64,000 nt of DNA. It comes from Epiperipatus broadwayi. Lineage: Eukaryota > Animalia > Onychophora. The stretch is taken from contig JAQFVV010000010.1 in assembly GCA_028023455.1 (NCBI GenBank), positions 7,006,001-7,070,000 on the forward strand, read 5' to 3'. Both the position numbers and the translations under genes were made by a program. How positions within the stretch are numbered: position 1 is the first letter of the stretch; each line of letters opens with the position of its first letter. The notes under the pieces were generated by a model. The model was not told the origin of the DNA, did no database searches, and saw nothing but the letters and a program-made list of their open reading frames with translations. Below, one piece after another: positions 14,240-26,894 of the stretch.

Positions 14240-15820
14240 TCTTTTTTCTAGCTGCCACCTTTTACTTCTTTATTTTACTATCAAAGTATCAGCTCAAATT
14301 GAAAAATTTGTTCAATATTTTCCAATTCAAATTAATTGTCTTGTATAATTACATAAATCTGAAATCAATTCAGTATATCTACATATTATAATGACTTTAA
14401 TTTTTTAAAACTATAGTCACATATATTCTTTGGCCAGGAATGATGTAAAAATAATAAATAAATGATGTCTGCTTATATCGTGCCATTTAGCATCATATGT
14501 TTTCTCTCACCATATTTTTGTCACCTAATGTAATCTTAGTTAATCAATAGATGTTAGATGGTAGTGCATATTAAATTCCTATTTATTGCTATCCCATTCA
14601 ATATTCTCTGACTAGTTTCTAGCTTATGATTTTAATCAGTAAAAAGCTTTGGACCTAATAGCTTCCTTCTAGCAGTCATCTTTTCCTTCTTTGTTTTATT
14701 ATCAAGCTACCAGCCCAAATGGAAAATATATTAATGCTTTCAATTCAAGTTAATTTGCTTGTTATCTATATACTATAATGACTTTAATTTTTTGATAACT
14801 ATGATCACTTTTATTCATTGGTTAGGATTAGTATAAAACCAATAAAATATCATATGACTTTCATTTGCATCATGCTGCTCAGCAAAAAATTCTCTTTCTC
14901 GAATCACATTTCTGCCATTTAGTGTAAGCTTTAGTAATCAATAGATTTCAGATGGTAGTGCTTATTAAACTCATTCATTTCTGGCCCCACCCCAATTGTC
15001 ACAGACTTGTTTCTAGCTTATGGCTTTCTTCAGTGAAAAACTTTTCAACCTGGTAGCAGTGTATCTGAATCTTTGGATCCAATGCATTTTTCCTCTAGCA
15101 GCCATTTTCCATTTCTTTGTTTTACTATCAATTTACCAGCCCAAATTGAAAAACATGTTAAGTTTTTCCAATCTAAGTTAAGTTGCTTATATATTGCATA
15201 GATCTGAAACCAGTTCGGTATCTATACATTATGATGATCTTAACTTTTTGTTTCTTGATCATTGTTGAACGCCATAAGTTAGAAACTAATCTGAGGATAT
15301 TGGCTGACACAGCACTAGATAGGAATTTATTAAGCATTATCCTCTATCTATTGCTTACAAAAGCTTACATTAGATGAAAAAAAAAAAATTATTGCTGAAC
15401 AGCATGATGAAAGCAGAGGTCATATGATTTCTTATTGGTTTTACCCAATCCTGGCTATGAAAGGTAAACTATAGTTATTAAAAAAAAACTACGATAATCA
15501 TAGTATATAGATACTGAACTGATTTCAGATCTATATAATTATACAAGCAAATTAACTTGAATTGAAAGCATTAACATGTTTTTTAATTTAGGCTGGTAGC
15601 TTGATAGTAAAATAAAAATCATTAATAGACAAAAGGTATATTGGATCTGCTCCCAGATTCAAATGCTTCTCACTGATGAAAGTTAAGGCTAGCAACTAGT
15701 CTGGGAAAATTGAGAGAGCTTTAGATAAGTATTTAATAAGCACTAACCATCAGGTACCGATTGATTATTAAAGCTTATACAAGATGACAATAATGTTATA
15801 AGAGAAAAACAATTTGCCAC
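14240..15820. repeat. Diverged ~400-430 bp tandem array (~2.3 units) plus one inverted unit, with decayed hammerhead cores (retrozyme / Penelope pLTR-like)
   Basis: Marker ttttactatcaa..taccagcccaaattgaaaa recurs near 14270, 14695, 15120 and inverted near 15590. Hammerhead-like cores at 14610-14639 (-), 15004-15033 (-) and 15673-15701 (+). Confidence 0.8.
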
Positions 15821-15894
15821 TAAAAAATTATGGGACTTAATGAATTACAAATATGAATAAAAAAAATGATTATTTTAAAAAAATATTTTTTACT

Positions 15895-16855
15895 ATAATT
15901 TTTAAGTAAATAATATAAAATATTATTATATGACAGCAATAATTTTATGTATTTATTTTAACATTAATCCAAAAAAGTTTATTTCAGCAACTACTTTAGT
16001 TTATAAGAATGGTATAAAATATTTGCTGAAATAAGTTTTTTTTATATTACTGCATTATTATATAATGTTCAAATTTATTTATTAAGCACACAGATTGTAT
16101 GAAGTTCAATAGAAAGGCTTTCACCTTTTTAACATATGTGCCTTACTGATTTTTATAATAAGTCAACATTTCTGTGTTGAATACGGAAAAAACCCTCAAA
16201 CCCAAACACATGATAGAGACTTTATAAAGATAAAAGTGGCCATCCTATCTTTAACCTAAATTCTGATTTATAAAAGCCAATCCAGAACTTCTTGATTTGG
16301 GAGAGTGAAGATGTTACTCTGTTCACTTTTACATCTATTACTTTCTTACATACATTAACACTCATGAAATCTTTCGATTTATTAGATGCTAATATTACAA
16401 ATTAATATAAATTATGTAACATTTAAATTTATTTATTAAGTGCATAGATAGTATGAAATTAAAGAGAAAGGATTTCATCTTTTTACCATATGCATCTTAC
16501 TGATTTTAATAATATCTCAAAGATGTTGTGTTGAGTATAGAGGATATAAAAGTGAACAGAGTAACATCTTCGCTCTCTCAAATCAAGATGCTTCAAATTA
16601 GCCTATATAAATCAGAATTTGAGTTGAAGATAAGATGGCCACTCTTATCTTTATAAAGTCTCTATCTTGTGTTTGAATTTGAGAGTTTCTCTGTACTCAA
16701 CATACCATTGTTGAGCTATTATAAAAATCAATAAGATGCATGTGTTAAAAAGATGAAATCCTTTCTCTTTAATATTATTATTATAATAAATGTATAGAAT
16801 TATTGCTGTTATATAATGATATTTTATATTATATTATTTACTTAAATAACGGATT
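15895..16855. repeat. Nested direct + inverted repeat of unknown family (A-B-C ... A-C'-B'-A')
   Basis: 16075-16190 is directly repeated at 16428-16545; 16095-16335 is inverted at 16545-16775; 15895-15960 is inverted at 16790-16855. Confidence 0.8.
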
Positions 16856-17539
16856 AAATTTCTTCACATTTTTGATAATTTTAATATAATTTATAATTTG
16901 GATGATTATCATTATTAGACTATTTTATCAATAATTATAATACAGATTTAACATGACAAAATGTGAAAATTTTATAATAATGGTTTAATTGTTTAAGTTT
17001 TGAAAATATATTTCAGGTGATTTTACAATATTAGAAATATTTATAACACATAGAATTATTTATATGTCTTAATGGTGTAATGGCTAATGGATTAGCTAGC
17101 CTGCTATGCTGATTTGGGATTTATATCAAGAGAAAACTTGAAAAAAATTTTGCGGGTACTTTGAAAAATTCCAAGAAAACTCACAAAATTGTTTCATGTG
17201 GACAAATAGTCAATCCAGTTATCCAGTCAATAATCGTTTTTCTAAAGAATAAAAATCAAGTTAATCTAAACTTCACTAAATGAGTACAATGTTCTGACCA
17301 CAAAAAATATTTATGGAATGTGATAGATATAGCCCTCAAAAAAAATACAATCTTTCCTAATATGAAAGTTCTATCATATTATATATATTTTTTTTTTAAA
17401 TGGTCCACATATTGATAATCATTTAGTGATTTTAGATTATTCTGACTTTTATCTTGCAGAAAAAAATAAGTATTATTTTTTTGGGTTGAGTCCGTTTATC
17501 TTCTTTTCAAAATATTTAATTTTCTACAAGATATTTTGA

Positions 17540-17815
17540 AAGAAAAAGTACAAACAATTAGAAGAGGTAGAAAAGTAAAGTCTAACTTATCTAGCATTGT
17601 TTAATAATTATTTAGATAAAGAAAGCTTGTTTAGAGAACAATGGAATAATTACAAAATATCAAATTCAATGCAGCGTATAAGCTGATGACAGAATACTAT
17701 TGGCTGATATTGAGAATAAAGTTAACAAGCTAGTGATCAATACTAATATAATTTGTAGTAAAGTTGAGATGAAAATTAAATATGAATAAAAGTAAAGCTA
17801 TGTAAATATGTATTG
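17540..17815 (+). mobile_element. LINE reverse-transcriptase fragment (RTE-like)
   Basis: V*ADDRILLADIENKVNKLV...MKI.MNKSKAM: decayed YADD motif and downstream helix. Confidence 0.55.
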
Positions 17816-20227
17816 AAAATAAAAAATGTTTTAGCCAAACAAGATCTTTTGATATTGTTTACACAGATATTTTACATTAGAAATATATGTATTACATACA
17901 ACTTTATAGAGCCACCAAAAGTCATATATAAAAATATTATTTGATAAAATTAATATTTTCATGCAAGATATTGACAAAATTTTATACAAATTGATGTGAA
18001 TGAAATTTTAACATGTAATGCATAATTTAAAAAAAAACAAACAAACTAATGTGAACATAATTTTAAAATTTAATGCATAAATTTTATAAAAAAAGCAACA
18101 CAAAATCATGAAAGTGCATTAATTTATACAAAAACAATGCAAACTAATAGAAACCACAATGTCATTTTAAAATTTAAGGTATCACTTTAATTAAGAACAA
18201 TATCAATTAATGAACACAAACTGTATAATCTTATTAACAAAACAAAAAAAAAAAAAGCAATATTGCTAGATTACAGTGTGAATGGTTTTCAAAAAAGTAA
18301 AGAGATTTTTGATTGTTTTTGTTCTATCATGATATTTTCCAATACATGTGATTTAAATATGGGCTCAACCTATGACTAACACTCAGGCATCCAAATGTTA
18401 TTCATTTCTACATAATGATGAGAAGATTCAAATTTATGAAAAGACAATTTCTGTGTTTTATACAAATAATAGTTATAATAATGGTTTGTTTTTCAATTTC
18501 AATTTGTATTGCTCCAATTTGTTTGTTTGGAAAATGAATTGACACTAGTGACAGAAATGAAAATTGGTGACAATGCCATTTTCTATCATCTAAATAATAT
18601 TACAAATGGTTTATTTTGAATATAAATTGTCAATCTTAATTCATATCGGAAATTATTTACTTTGAAACTGAAGTATTTGTTTTGTAAATTATAATCAATA
18701 ACAAAAATTTTTTGCTTGAAGAATTTGTGAAAATACAAGTATTCCTTGTTTTCGTTCATCCAAATACTAATTGAAATTTCAAATAGAAATTATTAATCTT
18801 AATTCATAATGAAAAGAGTTTGTTTTGAAAACAATTTCTTTGTTTCTAAAATTATAATAAATAGTGAAAATTGTTTGAATTGTTTTTTTTTTTTTAGTAT
18901 TACAAATTTTAATTCAATGGTGAAAATTATTTGTTTGAATTTCATAATTTATTGATTAACACCTACAGTAAGGCTTTGATAGCTCTACCTGGTATGTGTA
19001 GAATGTCTGAGCAAATAGTAACTTTTTTTAATACTTTTATTTTTCTTCTGATAATTCAGCTGCCTAGAATAAGTTAATATTTTTTAACATTTAAGAAACT
19101 GTTTAACAAACAATGGAGAAATAAAAATAATAATACATGATATTTAGCAGTCTTCCTGGGAAATGCTTGATGAAAAAAAAAAAATTGTAAAATCATTTAT
19201 CTGTTAATATTATAATATTCAAATTACTCAGTGTAAATAAAAAATGAAAATGATAAAACAATAAATATTTTTGATGTCACTGAAATTTTAATTAAATAAT
19301 TTGTTAAATGTTTTGTGTGAAATAGAGATTTATATATAGATAGCAAAAGTTTGAAGCCATTAAAAGAATTATGAAGAGAACAAAGGTTGTATGCAAATGA
19401 TAAAAAGAAACTGGATAATAATATTTATAAGTATTGAAAAATTAAGACTGAATGAATGAAAAAAAAGCACAATTTTAAAAAATTAATAATAATAAAGAAA
19501 TTTGACTGCATTATATTATAAAAAATCAGGTTAATAAGATACATCATATAACTATAAGTATCTGAAGAGTAAAGTAAGAGTAGGAAGAGCATGGAATGAC
19601 TTGTAGGATTTGTCTTGAATGGTGATAATCACAATGTATATATATATAAAAATTTAAATATTTTAAAATAAAAAAGTCTTATATGAAATTGACTTCTTTT
19701 TTTTTTTCACTTATGACTTTTAGCAATTTTTCAATTTCCAATGCTTTATGATTTTATTTTATTATTTTAATAAAAGGATTCCTTTGGGTAAAAGGATAAC
19801 ACTAAACATATTGAAATTTTTAGGTAATAAATGCATAAATTTTAAAAAAAAAATGTTTAAGTGCAAAAAAAAACATTTACAACTGAAAGCAGACTATCTG
19901 GATTTCAAAAAGGACTAAAAACATTATTTTTTTGTGAAATCAAAAAGAATAAGAATCAAATAAAAATATTACATGTATATTGCATTGCATTGAAAAATAG
20001 CATTAAAATTATATGTATTTTTTACATATACCGTATTTGTGAAAAAAAAAAATTGCTTCTACTTTTTCAAGTTTTCTCTGAGCAAGTGTGTATACATATA
20101 TATCTAAGATGTATAATTTCTTTCTAATATGAAATTTTCTCATTACTTTTTTTTTAAAAAAAAAAAAACAAAACATTTTCAAATGTTTATGAAAATAACT
20201 ATATTAAATCATTATCTAAAGACTTAC

Positions 20228-20345
20228 AGTGTGCACATGTTCACAATCAGCTAATAATCGGTTAAGTAGTTTCATATCATTTATTAACACTGCTCGGATA
20301 ACTAACTTGCTATATGCAGTAACAGAAACAAAAGGTAAAGAAGTA
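20228..20345 (-). CDS. Coding exon E: (N)TSLPFVSVTAYSKLVIRAVLINDMKLLNRLLADCEHVHT
   Basis: Acceptor poly-T-cag, donor gtaagt; 118 nt, phase 2 to phase 0; exactly bridges exons D and F. Confidence 0.9.
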
Positions 20346-21681
20346 CTGAAAAAAAAAAAAAACATTTAATTAAAAATTAAAATAACATTTTAAAATTATA
20401 TAATGCATACAAATTTTGTTAATTCCATTCACGTTTTTTTTTTTATATTTCAACAATATACTTTATTGCACAATAAGTAGATTACATATGGTATCACCAG
20501 AAAAAATACACTGATAAAATAGATTTACAGATTGTTTACAGTTTAACAACAATGATACTTATTACACAGATGGTTGGTATACTAGAAAAAAAGTATTTAT
20601 ATGAATTGTTCATTTGTTTCTAAATAAAATCATATATCCAAATATAAAAACTTTTAATAAGATCTTCTATGTCATAATAGTATTTTGGTCAGGCATAAAA
20701 AGTTTCTGTAAACTAAAATTATTCTTGTTAGAGCAAATATAGAAAGCCATACATATCTAAAAATAATACTAAAAAATATGTTCCAGATTTTTGTACACAA
20801 TCCTAAAAAAAAATCAATGTAAAATTCTGATGATGCAATTTTAAAAAAAAAAAAATCACTACTACTTATAAGTGTATTTTTTATCTTTTTCATATCGTAT
20901 TTTAGTTCTTCATTAAATTTTTTCTGCAAAATCAGAACTTTTGATTACTTTTTTTACAGGGGTAAATTTTCAATATAATTTCATGGTTTCTTACAAAAAT
21001 TTCTATGCAGTGAGAATTTATCCACACCATGCCAATAGCGATTAAGATGCCCTAACAAATGTGATGGTACTAAATAGGACTCTTCAAAGACTACTCTTAA
21101 CATTGCAATTTTTTTTGTCTCCCTGCACCAAGTATGTACTCAGATTTAAAGTTACTCCACCACATTGTTTAGAATATTGTAAATACTTCATCTTTATTCT
21201 TACATTGTTTACATGCTGCTGTAAGCTTACAAGCTAATAATGATAAGTCATGCCTTTTCAACTTTGATTTATATTTAATTCAAAACAATGCTTTCGAAAT
21301 ACAATTTATATATCGCATTTTTCATTGATCAAAAAAGGTGAAATTTAGCAAAAGATCTGAAAACTTACATAATGATGAATATCAGTTAAATGTACTCCAT
21401 GCAGTAATGGTTTACATTCACTGAAATATATTACCAAATAACATTAACAAAATCTGTATTTTTAACCCATCTACATAATTAATTCTATAATTTAACTATA
21501 TTTCATAATTTAAAAAATATAAGTGAATTAGTAACAGTCTATATGTGATAAAAACATTAATATTTTATTATTACAAATATGTTTAATATCAGTGAGGATT
21601 GCCAATTCCTCTACAAGCTTTATGATAAATGCTTAGCCAGAGCCAGCACTTAAAATATCTCTGTCAGGAACCCCTCCCCAA

Positions 21682-21724
21682 ACCCCTGACCATGGTTTTG
21701 TGCTTTAGCACTCCTCAGAGGGTG
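21682..21724 (-). ncRNA. Type I hammerhead ribozyme copy with G12A core mutation (predicted inactive)
   Basis: Minus strand CUGAGGA GUGC-UAAA-GCAC AAAA CCAUGGUC AGGGGU; the conserved GAAA reads AAAA (position 21699). Confidence 0.8.
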
Positions 21725-22011
21725 TCAGGGTAGGTTCAGACACTAGATCTAAAAATACCAACCCAAAGCTAAGCACTTAGCTAAAAGTTATCTATTGAGT
21801 GGAAAATCTGAAATTTTCAGACATCTACATGTCTTCAACCCCAGCTATCCAACTCAAATAGCTATAGGGGCAGCTATTTGAGTTGGATAGCTGGGTTTGA
21901 AGACATGTAGATGTCTGAAAATTTCAGATTTTCCACTCAATAGATAACTTTTAGCTAAGTGCTTGGCTTTGGGTTGGAATTTTTAGATCTAGGGTCTGAA
22001 CCTACCTTGAC

Positions 22012-22054
22012 ACCTCTCTGAGGAGTGCCAAAGCACGAAACCATGGTCAGGGGT
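22012..22054 (+). ncRNA. Type I hammerhead ribozyme, intact catalytic core
   Basis: Stem I ACCUCU/AGGGGU; core CUGAGGA (22018-24); stem II GUGC-CAAA-GCAC; GAAA (22037-40); palindromic stem III ACCAUGGU; GUC cleavage triplet, cut after 22048. Confidence 0.88.
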
Positions 22055-23512
22055 TTGGGGAGGGGTTCCTGACAGATATTTTAAGTGCTGGCTCTGGCTA
22101 AGCATTTATCATAAAGCTTGTAGAGGAATTGGCAATCCTCACTGTTTATAACTTACAAGCTTAAGAGATAGGGTCATGTGATCTATAAATTGATCTATGA
22201 CTTTTATTTTGATTATTTATGTTTAATATCACTCTTGTTTTGTAGCTATAAATAAAATTTATAAATATGAAGACAGCTCTATTTTTTACTTTTATTTTAG
22301 ACTTAATTAAAGTTATTTATTTTTTCTGAATATTTTTAAAAAAGATTCTTTCTTGCCTTGAATTTCTGAAATATATATATATATTGTATCTGCCCAGATT
22401 CGAGCTGTATATCACAGTATACATTAAAAAAAAAAGTTTATTGATCTTATTTAATTTCATTTCATTTGATCTATGGATAATGGAAGTATTGAAGTATAAA
22501 TGTTAACTAGATAACCATGGCAACCTAATATTTTAAAATATCATTTATTATTAATATTAGTACCAATCATAAATTGGTTGTGATCAATTTTAGAAGAAAA
22601 CATAAATAAATGAATAAATAAATAAATATTGAAAAATAATTAAGTGAATCATAAAATAAATCACTTGAATAAAATCATTATTATTACTTATTATGTGCCC
22701 ATTTTGTTATTACAGTCACAATAACAATTTACTTATCATAAAATTAAATATTTGATTTTTTATATATGTTTTGTTTATTTATTTGTTTATTGGAATAATT
22801 AAAGATATATGTTAAAAATATATTTTCATTATAAGGTATAGAAAATGTCTTGTGAATCCTTTGTTTTTGATTGAAAATGAAAAATAATATTGAAATTGTA
22901 AAACAACATTTTTTTTTTTTTACTGGATCCAATATTTTTAAAGTCTTCATTTCATTTATTAATTGGAGGCAAAATTTTATTGAACCCAAAGAGTTATCTT
23001 TAAATTCAATTGAACAGTTGCCTTAATAACATTAATGTCAGCAAAGCGAGATTACAAATAGAACTGAAACACTGCAACTCTACTTCTTATAACTTTTATT
23101 GTTGCTTAGAACAGATGCTTTCACATTCATCTTTAAAAATTATCAATTTTATTTTTTAAAAGTGATTAATTTTTCTAAAACCATGAAAGAATAAAAATTT
23201 AACTGTCTCTCCATTCAATTGGAGCAGTTAGTTGGTGAAATTCCAGGGAAAACGGCAAAATGTATTATAAAAAAAAAAAACATCAACATTTGTCATATTG
23301 CAAATAAACTATAAAATATTCCATTGTTAAAATTTAAAATTTCATTTATATATTTGTGATGAATACAAACCTCATGATGTATATATGGATGTCGTATTTC
23401 TGATCAATGAATTTCACAGAATTGATTAATTCAACCTTTATGTGATATTAATCAATTGAAATTTCACCTTTGGAAAAATACTAGCATTTATTACTCATTT
23501 GCATGTAACTGA

Positions 23513-23563
23513 CTTCATATATTATTACCAATAAAATTCTCTTCATATATTATTACCAATAAA
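23513..23563. repeat. Short tandem duplication (28-bp period)
   Basis: cttcatatattattaccaataaa at 23513 and 23541. Confidence 0.85.
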
Positions 23564-24499
23564 AAAAAAATAGTCAGTGATGTGCAGATTTTGCATCGAC
23601 CAAGTATCTGTTATTTTAAAAGGTTGGATATATTTATACTTGAAAGAAAAATATCGGAATTTAAAAACAAAAGTAATTGAATGCAAATCCTCGCAAATCC
23701 TCGATTGTTGTTATTCATGCTTGTCTTTTCTATTTCAAGAAGAATTGCTTTTATGCATAGGAATCAGAAACAAGGAAACCAGGAGCTACAATGAACCAGT
23801 GGGTAAAAAGAATGAAACTTTTCACTTATGTGGTACGATATCTGTGTATAGATTTTTCGTTTAAAAAAAAATGTAGATTTTGTTCATATTTTTATTTTAA
23901 AATATAGGATTAAATAATATATCTAGGTTATTTTATGATAAACCATTCTTACAATAAAAGGTCGGAGAGATTTATTATTATTTAAACTCTTATCTGATGA
24001 TATAGATTAATTTATAATTCGATGTTTTCAAATATTCATTTTTTTCATATAGAAGGACTTAAATACAATAGATTTTCATGTTGATTTAATTAATTAGAAA
24101 TTATATTAATGAACAAATAAAAATCAATTTTATTTTATCTTTTTTTTTTTATCATTGTATATTCTATTTAAAGTCTAAGGAAGATATTTGGAACCTCTTC
24201 TTCAGTTTATATATATATATTATTGTCGTACAGCACACTTTTGAGTTTCATATATATATTTATTTATTATTATATTATTGATATCTATAGAATAATAGAT
24301 TATCAAATTAATTAATATATTCAAGAGAAATAGTATTTCTACTTTTTTTTTAAAACTGGCTACGATTTTAGTCAATTGCATACATTGTTTTGTTTTTTTT
24401 TTAATTTTATTGCTATTCTTATTCATTCTTGTTATAAATCAATAAATCTAAAGCTGATTAAAACCCAAGGAAAGCTATCTAATTATTATTATTTATTTT

Positions 24500-25750
24500 C
24501 TAAGTGTGCAAGGTAATTTTTGATACTTAAATCTTGATCTAAGATCAAACCAATATAGCTAAGTGAAATAGTGTTATATACAAGTATATTTTATTATATG
24601 ATTATTGTTAAGCTAATTAGATATAAATTTTATATTGTCGTTACATTGAAATATTTATTTGTATATCTAAGTTAATATTAGTTGTATAAATAAAATAACT
24701 TCATTAGATCTTGGTTGATTATTAAGAGCTTATCTTGTTCAGTTATAAAGATCTGGATAGATTTTGTTCTGACATTAGTCAGAACGATCTGCCTTAATTA
24801 TCTCTAAACTTCCTTGAGGTGGGAAATAAATTTTATTAACTACTATATCTTCATATCTATCTTTAGCTTGGACAACTTCCAATAATTATTTTATATAGTT
24901 CAATTGTTATAAAATCCATTTTAATAATTGATTGACTGGAGATTTAAAATAGATAGATGGGATTAGTTCATTGTAATTTGATAACTATCCAATAGAAACC
25001 TATTGTATATTTGATATAATGATATGATTGGGTATTATAAAAGGAAGGTTATCTGATAGGTTTACTGATAATATGTTCTTATAGAATATTTCATTTTAAT
25101 ATATAACTTAAGCAATAATTGCATATCGATGTAAAGTAGAGTATAGATAAATTATGAATATTATATAACATTTTGCTGAACTTAATATGAAGCTCATTAA
25201 TGATTTATTTTTTTAAACATTAGAGATATTGTAAATTTATAAAACATTCTCTAAGTATTATCATAACCATTTAGGAACTAGTTTATTTAGGTAGGGAATA
25301 TCATTAAATTTTAACATAAATTTACATTACTATATGTAGTATTTGTGATTAGTAAAGTATATCAGAACTTAGTTATTTATTGATTTGAATTTGGTTTCAT
25401 TCAATTACAAATTAAATAGATATCTTAGGCATATATCATTGTTTGGGACAATGATATATGATTTCCCTGGTTATTGTAGTTTATTTTGGGATAGTAAATA
25501 GATTTGGTAATATCTGAGGTGATGATCTTGTTTGCTTTCTTTTCTTTTTAAGTGTTATCAGAACAAATTAGGTGTGAATAGAGATTGTCATCAGTAATTT
25601 ACTTTTAATGTAGTAAACAATATAAATAATTATGTATTGGAAATATTGTTATTGCATAGTGTAATTGATGACTGAGCTAGATAATTTTTACAGGTTATAA
25701 CAGTTATTATTTATTGGTACATGATTTGCTCTGTTATAAATAATATTTAG
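24500..25750 (-). mobile_element. Highly decayed non-LTR retrotransposon RT region
   Basis: Minus-strand motifs in correct order and spacing: LLYIDM (D..KAFD), RYEDIVV (YADD), LSYIGLILDQDLSIK (YLG..LD..L). Confidence 0.5.
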
Positions 25751-26722
25751 ACCATAAGGACATTTCTTCATTAGCCCCTATTTTCATTTTGTGTCAGTAA
25801 TAGATAGCTGTCTAAAAACATATAAGGAAACTTCGTTTGTTTCATGACAAATGCTAACCAAAGCAATTTAGAGAGATAATGGGGTAGAATATCAATAATT
25901 ATTGTTACAAAATTGCTACCCAATGCTGGCTGATGATGATCATGTACAGGTGGCAATCATTACAAAATGCGACATCAACTTTGGGGTTGTTACAAAATGG
26001 CGCTCCACATTTAGGCTAGATTTATATTATTATAAATGGTGTCTCAATTCCTGAGACATACTAAAGTTTTTCTATTCTCATCCCATATTCTAATTTTTAT
26101 TCCATTACAATATATTATTCTTTCCATTTTAAATGTCTCAAATAAATCTAAATTACATATTAATACATAGTCATTTATTTCAAAGTGGGTGAGATATTTG
26201 TAAACTAATTTATAGTTTGTATGGTAGCCTTTTATAAGTATCTTTACTCTTATTTTATCTGCTTTTATCATGATTAGAGAAATCTCTATTCATCATTTTT
26301 CAAAGGAACAAAGAATGATAGAAATAAAGATCTTTCTAAAGTTTTTTTCAAATTTAAGACCCAAAAAAAAAAAACAACTGAAGGTCATTGCCCTTTCTGA
26401 AATTCCTTTTTAAATTTTCATTAAGATATTATTTCTTTTAAATGTATAGTATTTAACCAAACATATAATCTTTCTAATTATTGAAAAGCTGTAGAGCTCA
26501 TTTTTGGAAATTTTCCAACTTTTATATCAAAAAAAACAATGAAGTAATATTCTAATATTTTATAATTAATCTGCATTCCATAACAAAAATATTTTCCTAC
26601 TTTAAAACAATTTTTATTCAAACACTATTTTGCAAAGAATGTTTTCCACCAGAAAGCAGAATATCCTAATTTAATTGTGAGAATCTATTTGTATTGCTAT
26701 TTAGTGAAACAATGCTTGTATA

Positions 26723-26894
26723 AGTTGTATTTATATATTGGACTATTTCCATCATCTAATATGAGTACTGAATGTCTTTGTGTGCTATTACTAACAGTTA
26801 AATGTATTTGGAATATTTAAATAAACTTAAATTTTTCTAAAGACATTCAATACTCATATAGATGCTGGAAATATTCCAACATATAAATACAACT
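26723..26894. repeat. Inverted repeat, ~57-bp arms, ~58-bp spacer
   Basis: 26723-26779 is the reverse complement of 26839-26894 with a few mismatches. Confidence 0.8.

Larger units (their letters stand above)
21590..22144. mobile_element. Young foldback: two ~274-bp hammerhead-bearing elements head-to-head with an ~8-nt spacer
   Basis: Arms 21590-21863 and 21872-22144 differ by about 7 substitutions and 2 indels (manual count); each carries a type I hammerhead; GC-rich relative to flanks. Confidence 0.92.

Noticed and set aside
12318-15820. Repeat-spacer (CRISPR-like) reading of the tandem repeats
   Set aside because: Units are 136-430 bp, lack unique spacers, and the context is a eukaryotic intron with no cas genes
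20672-20929. 85-aa minus-strand ORF near exon E
   Set aside because: Low-complexity F/I/K composition typical of AT-rich noncoding DNA; not needed since exons D-E-F join in phase without it
21590-22144. Interpretation of the foldback as a hAT or Tc1 MITE (CAGTG...CACTG termini)
   Set aside because: No TA or convincing 8-bp TSD (tttaatat vs tttataac), no internal sequence, and each arm carries a hammerhead, so a retro-origin fits better
25929-25975. CTGATGA-TGAT...ATCA motif and other isolated CTGAnGA hits (e.g. 2893, 20825, 23995)
   Set aside because: No correctly placed GAAA, stem III or stem I; expected by chance
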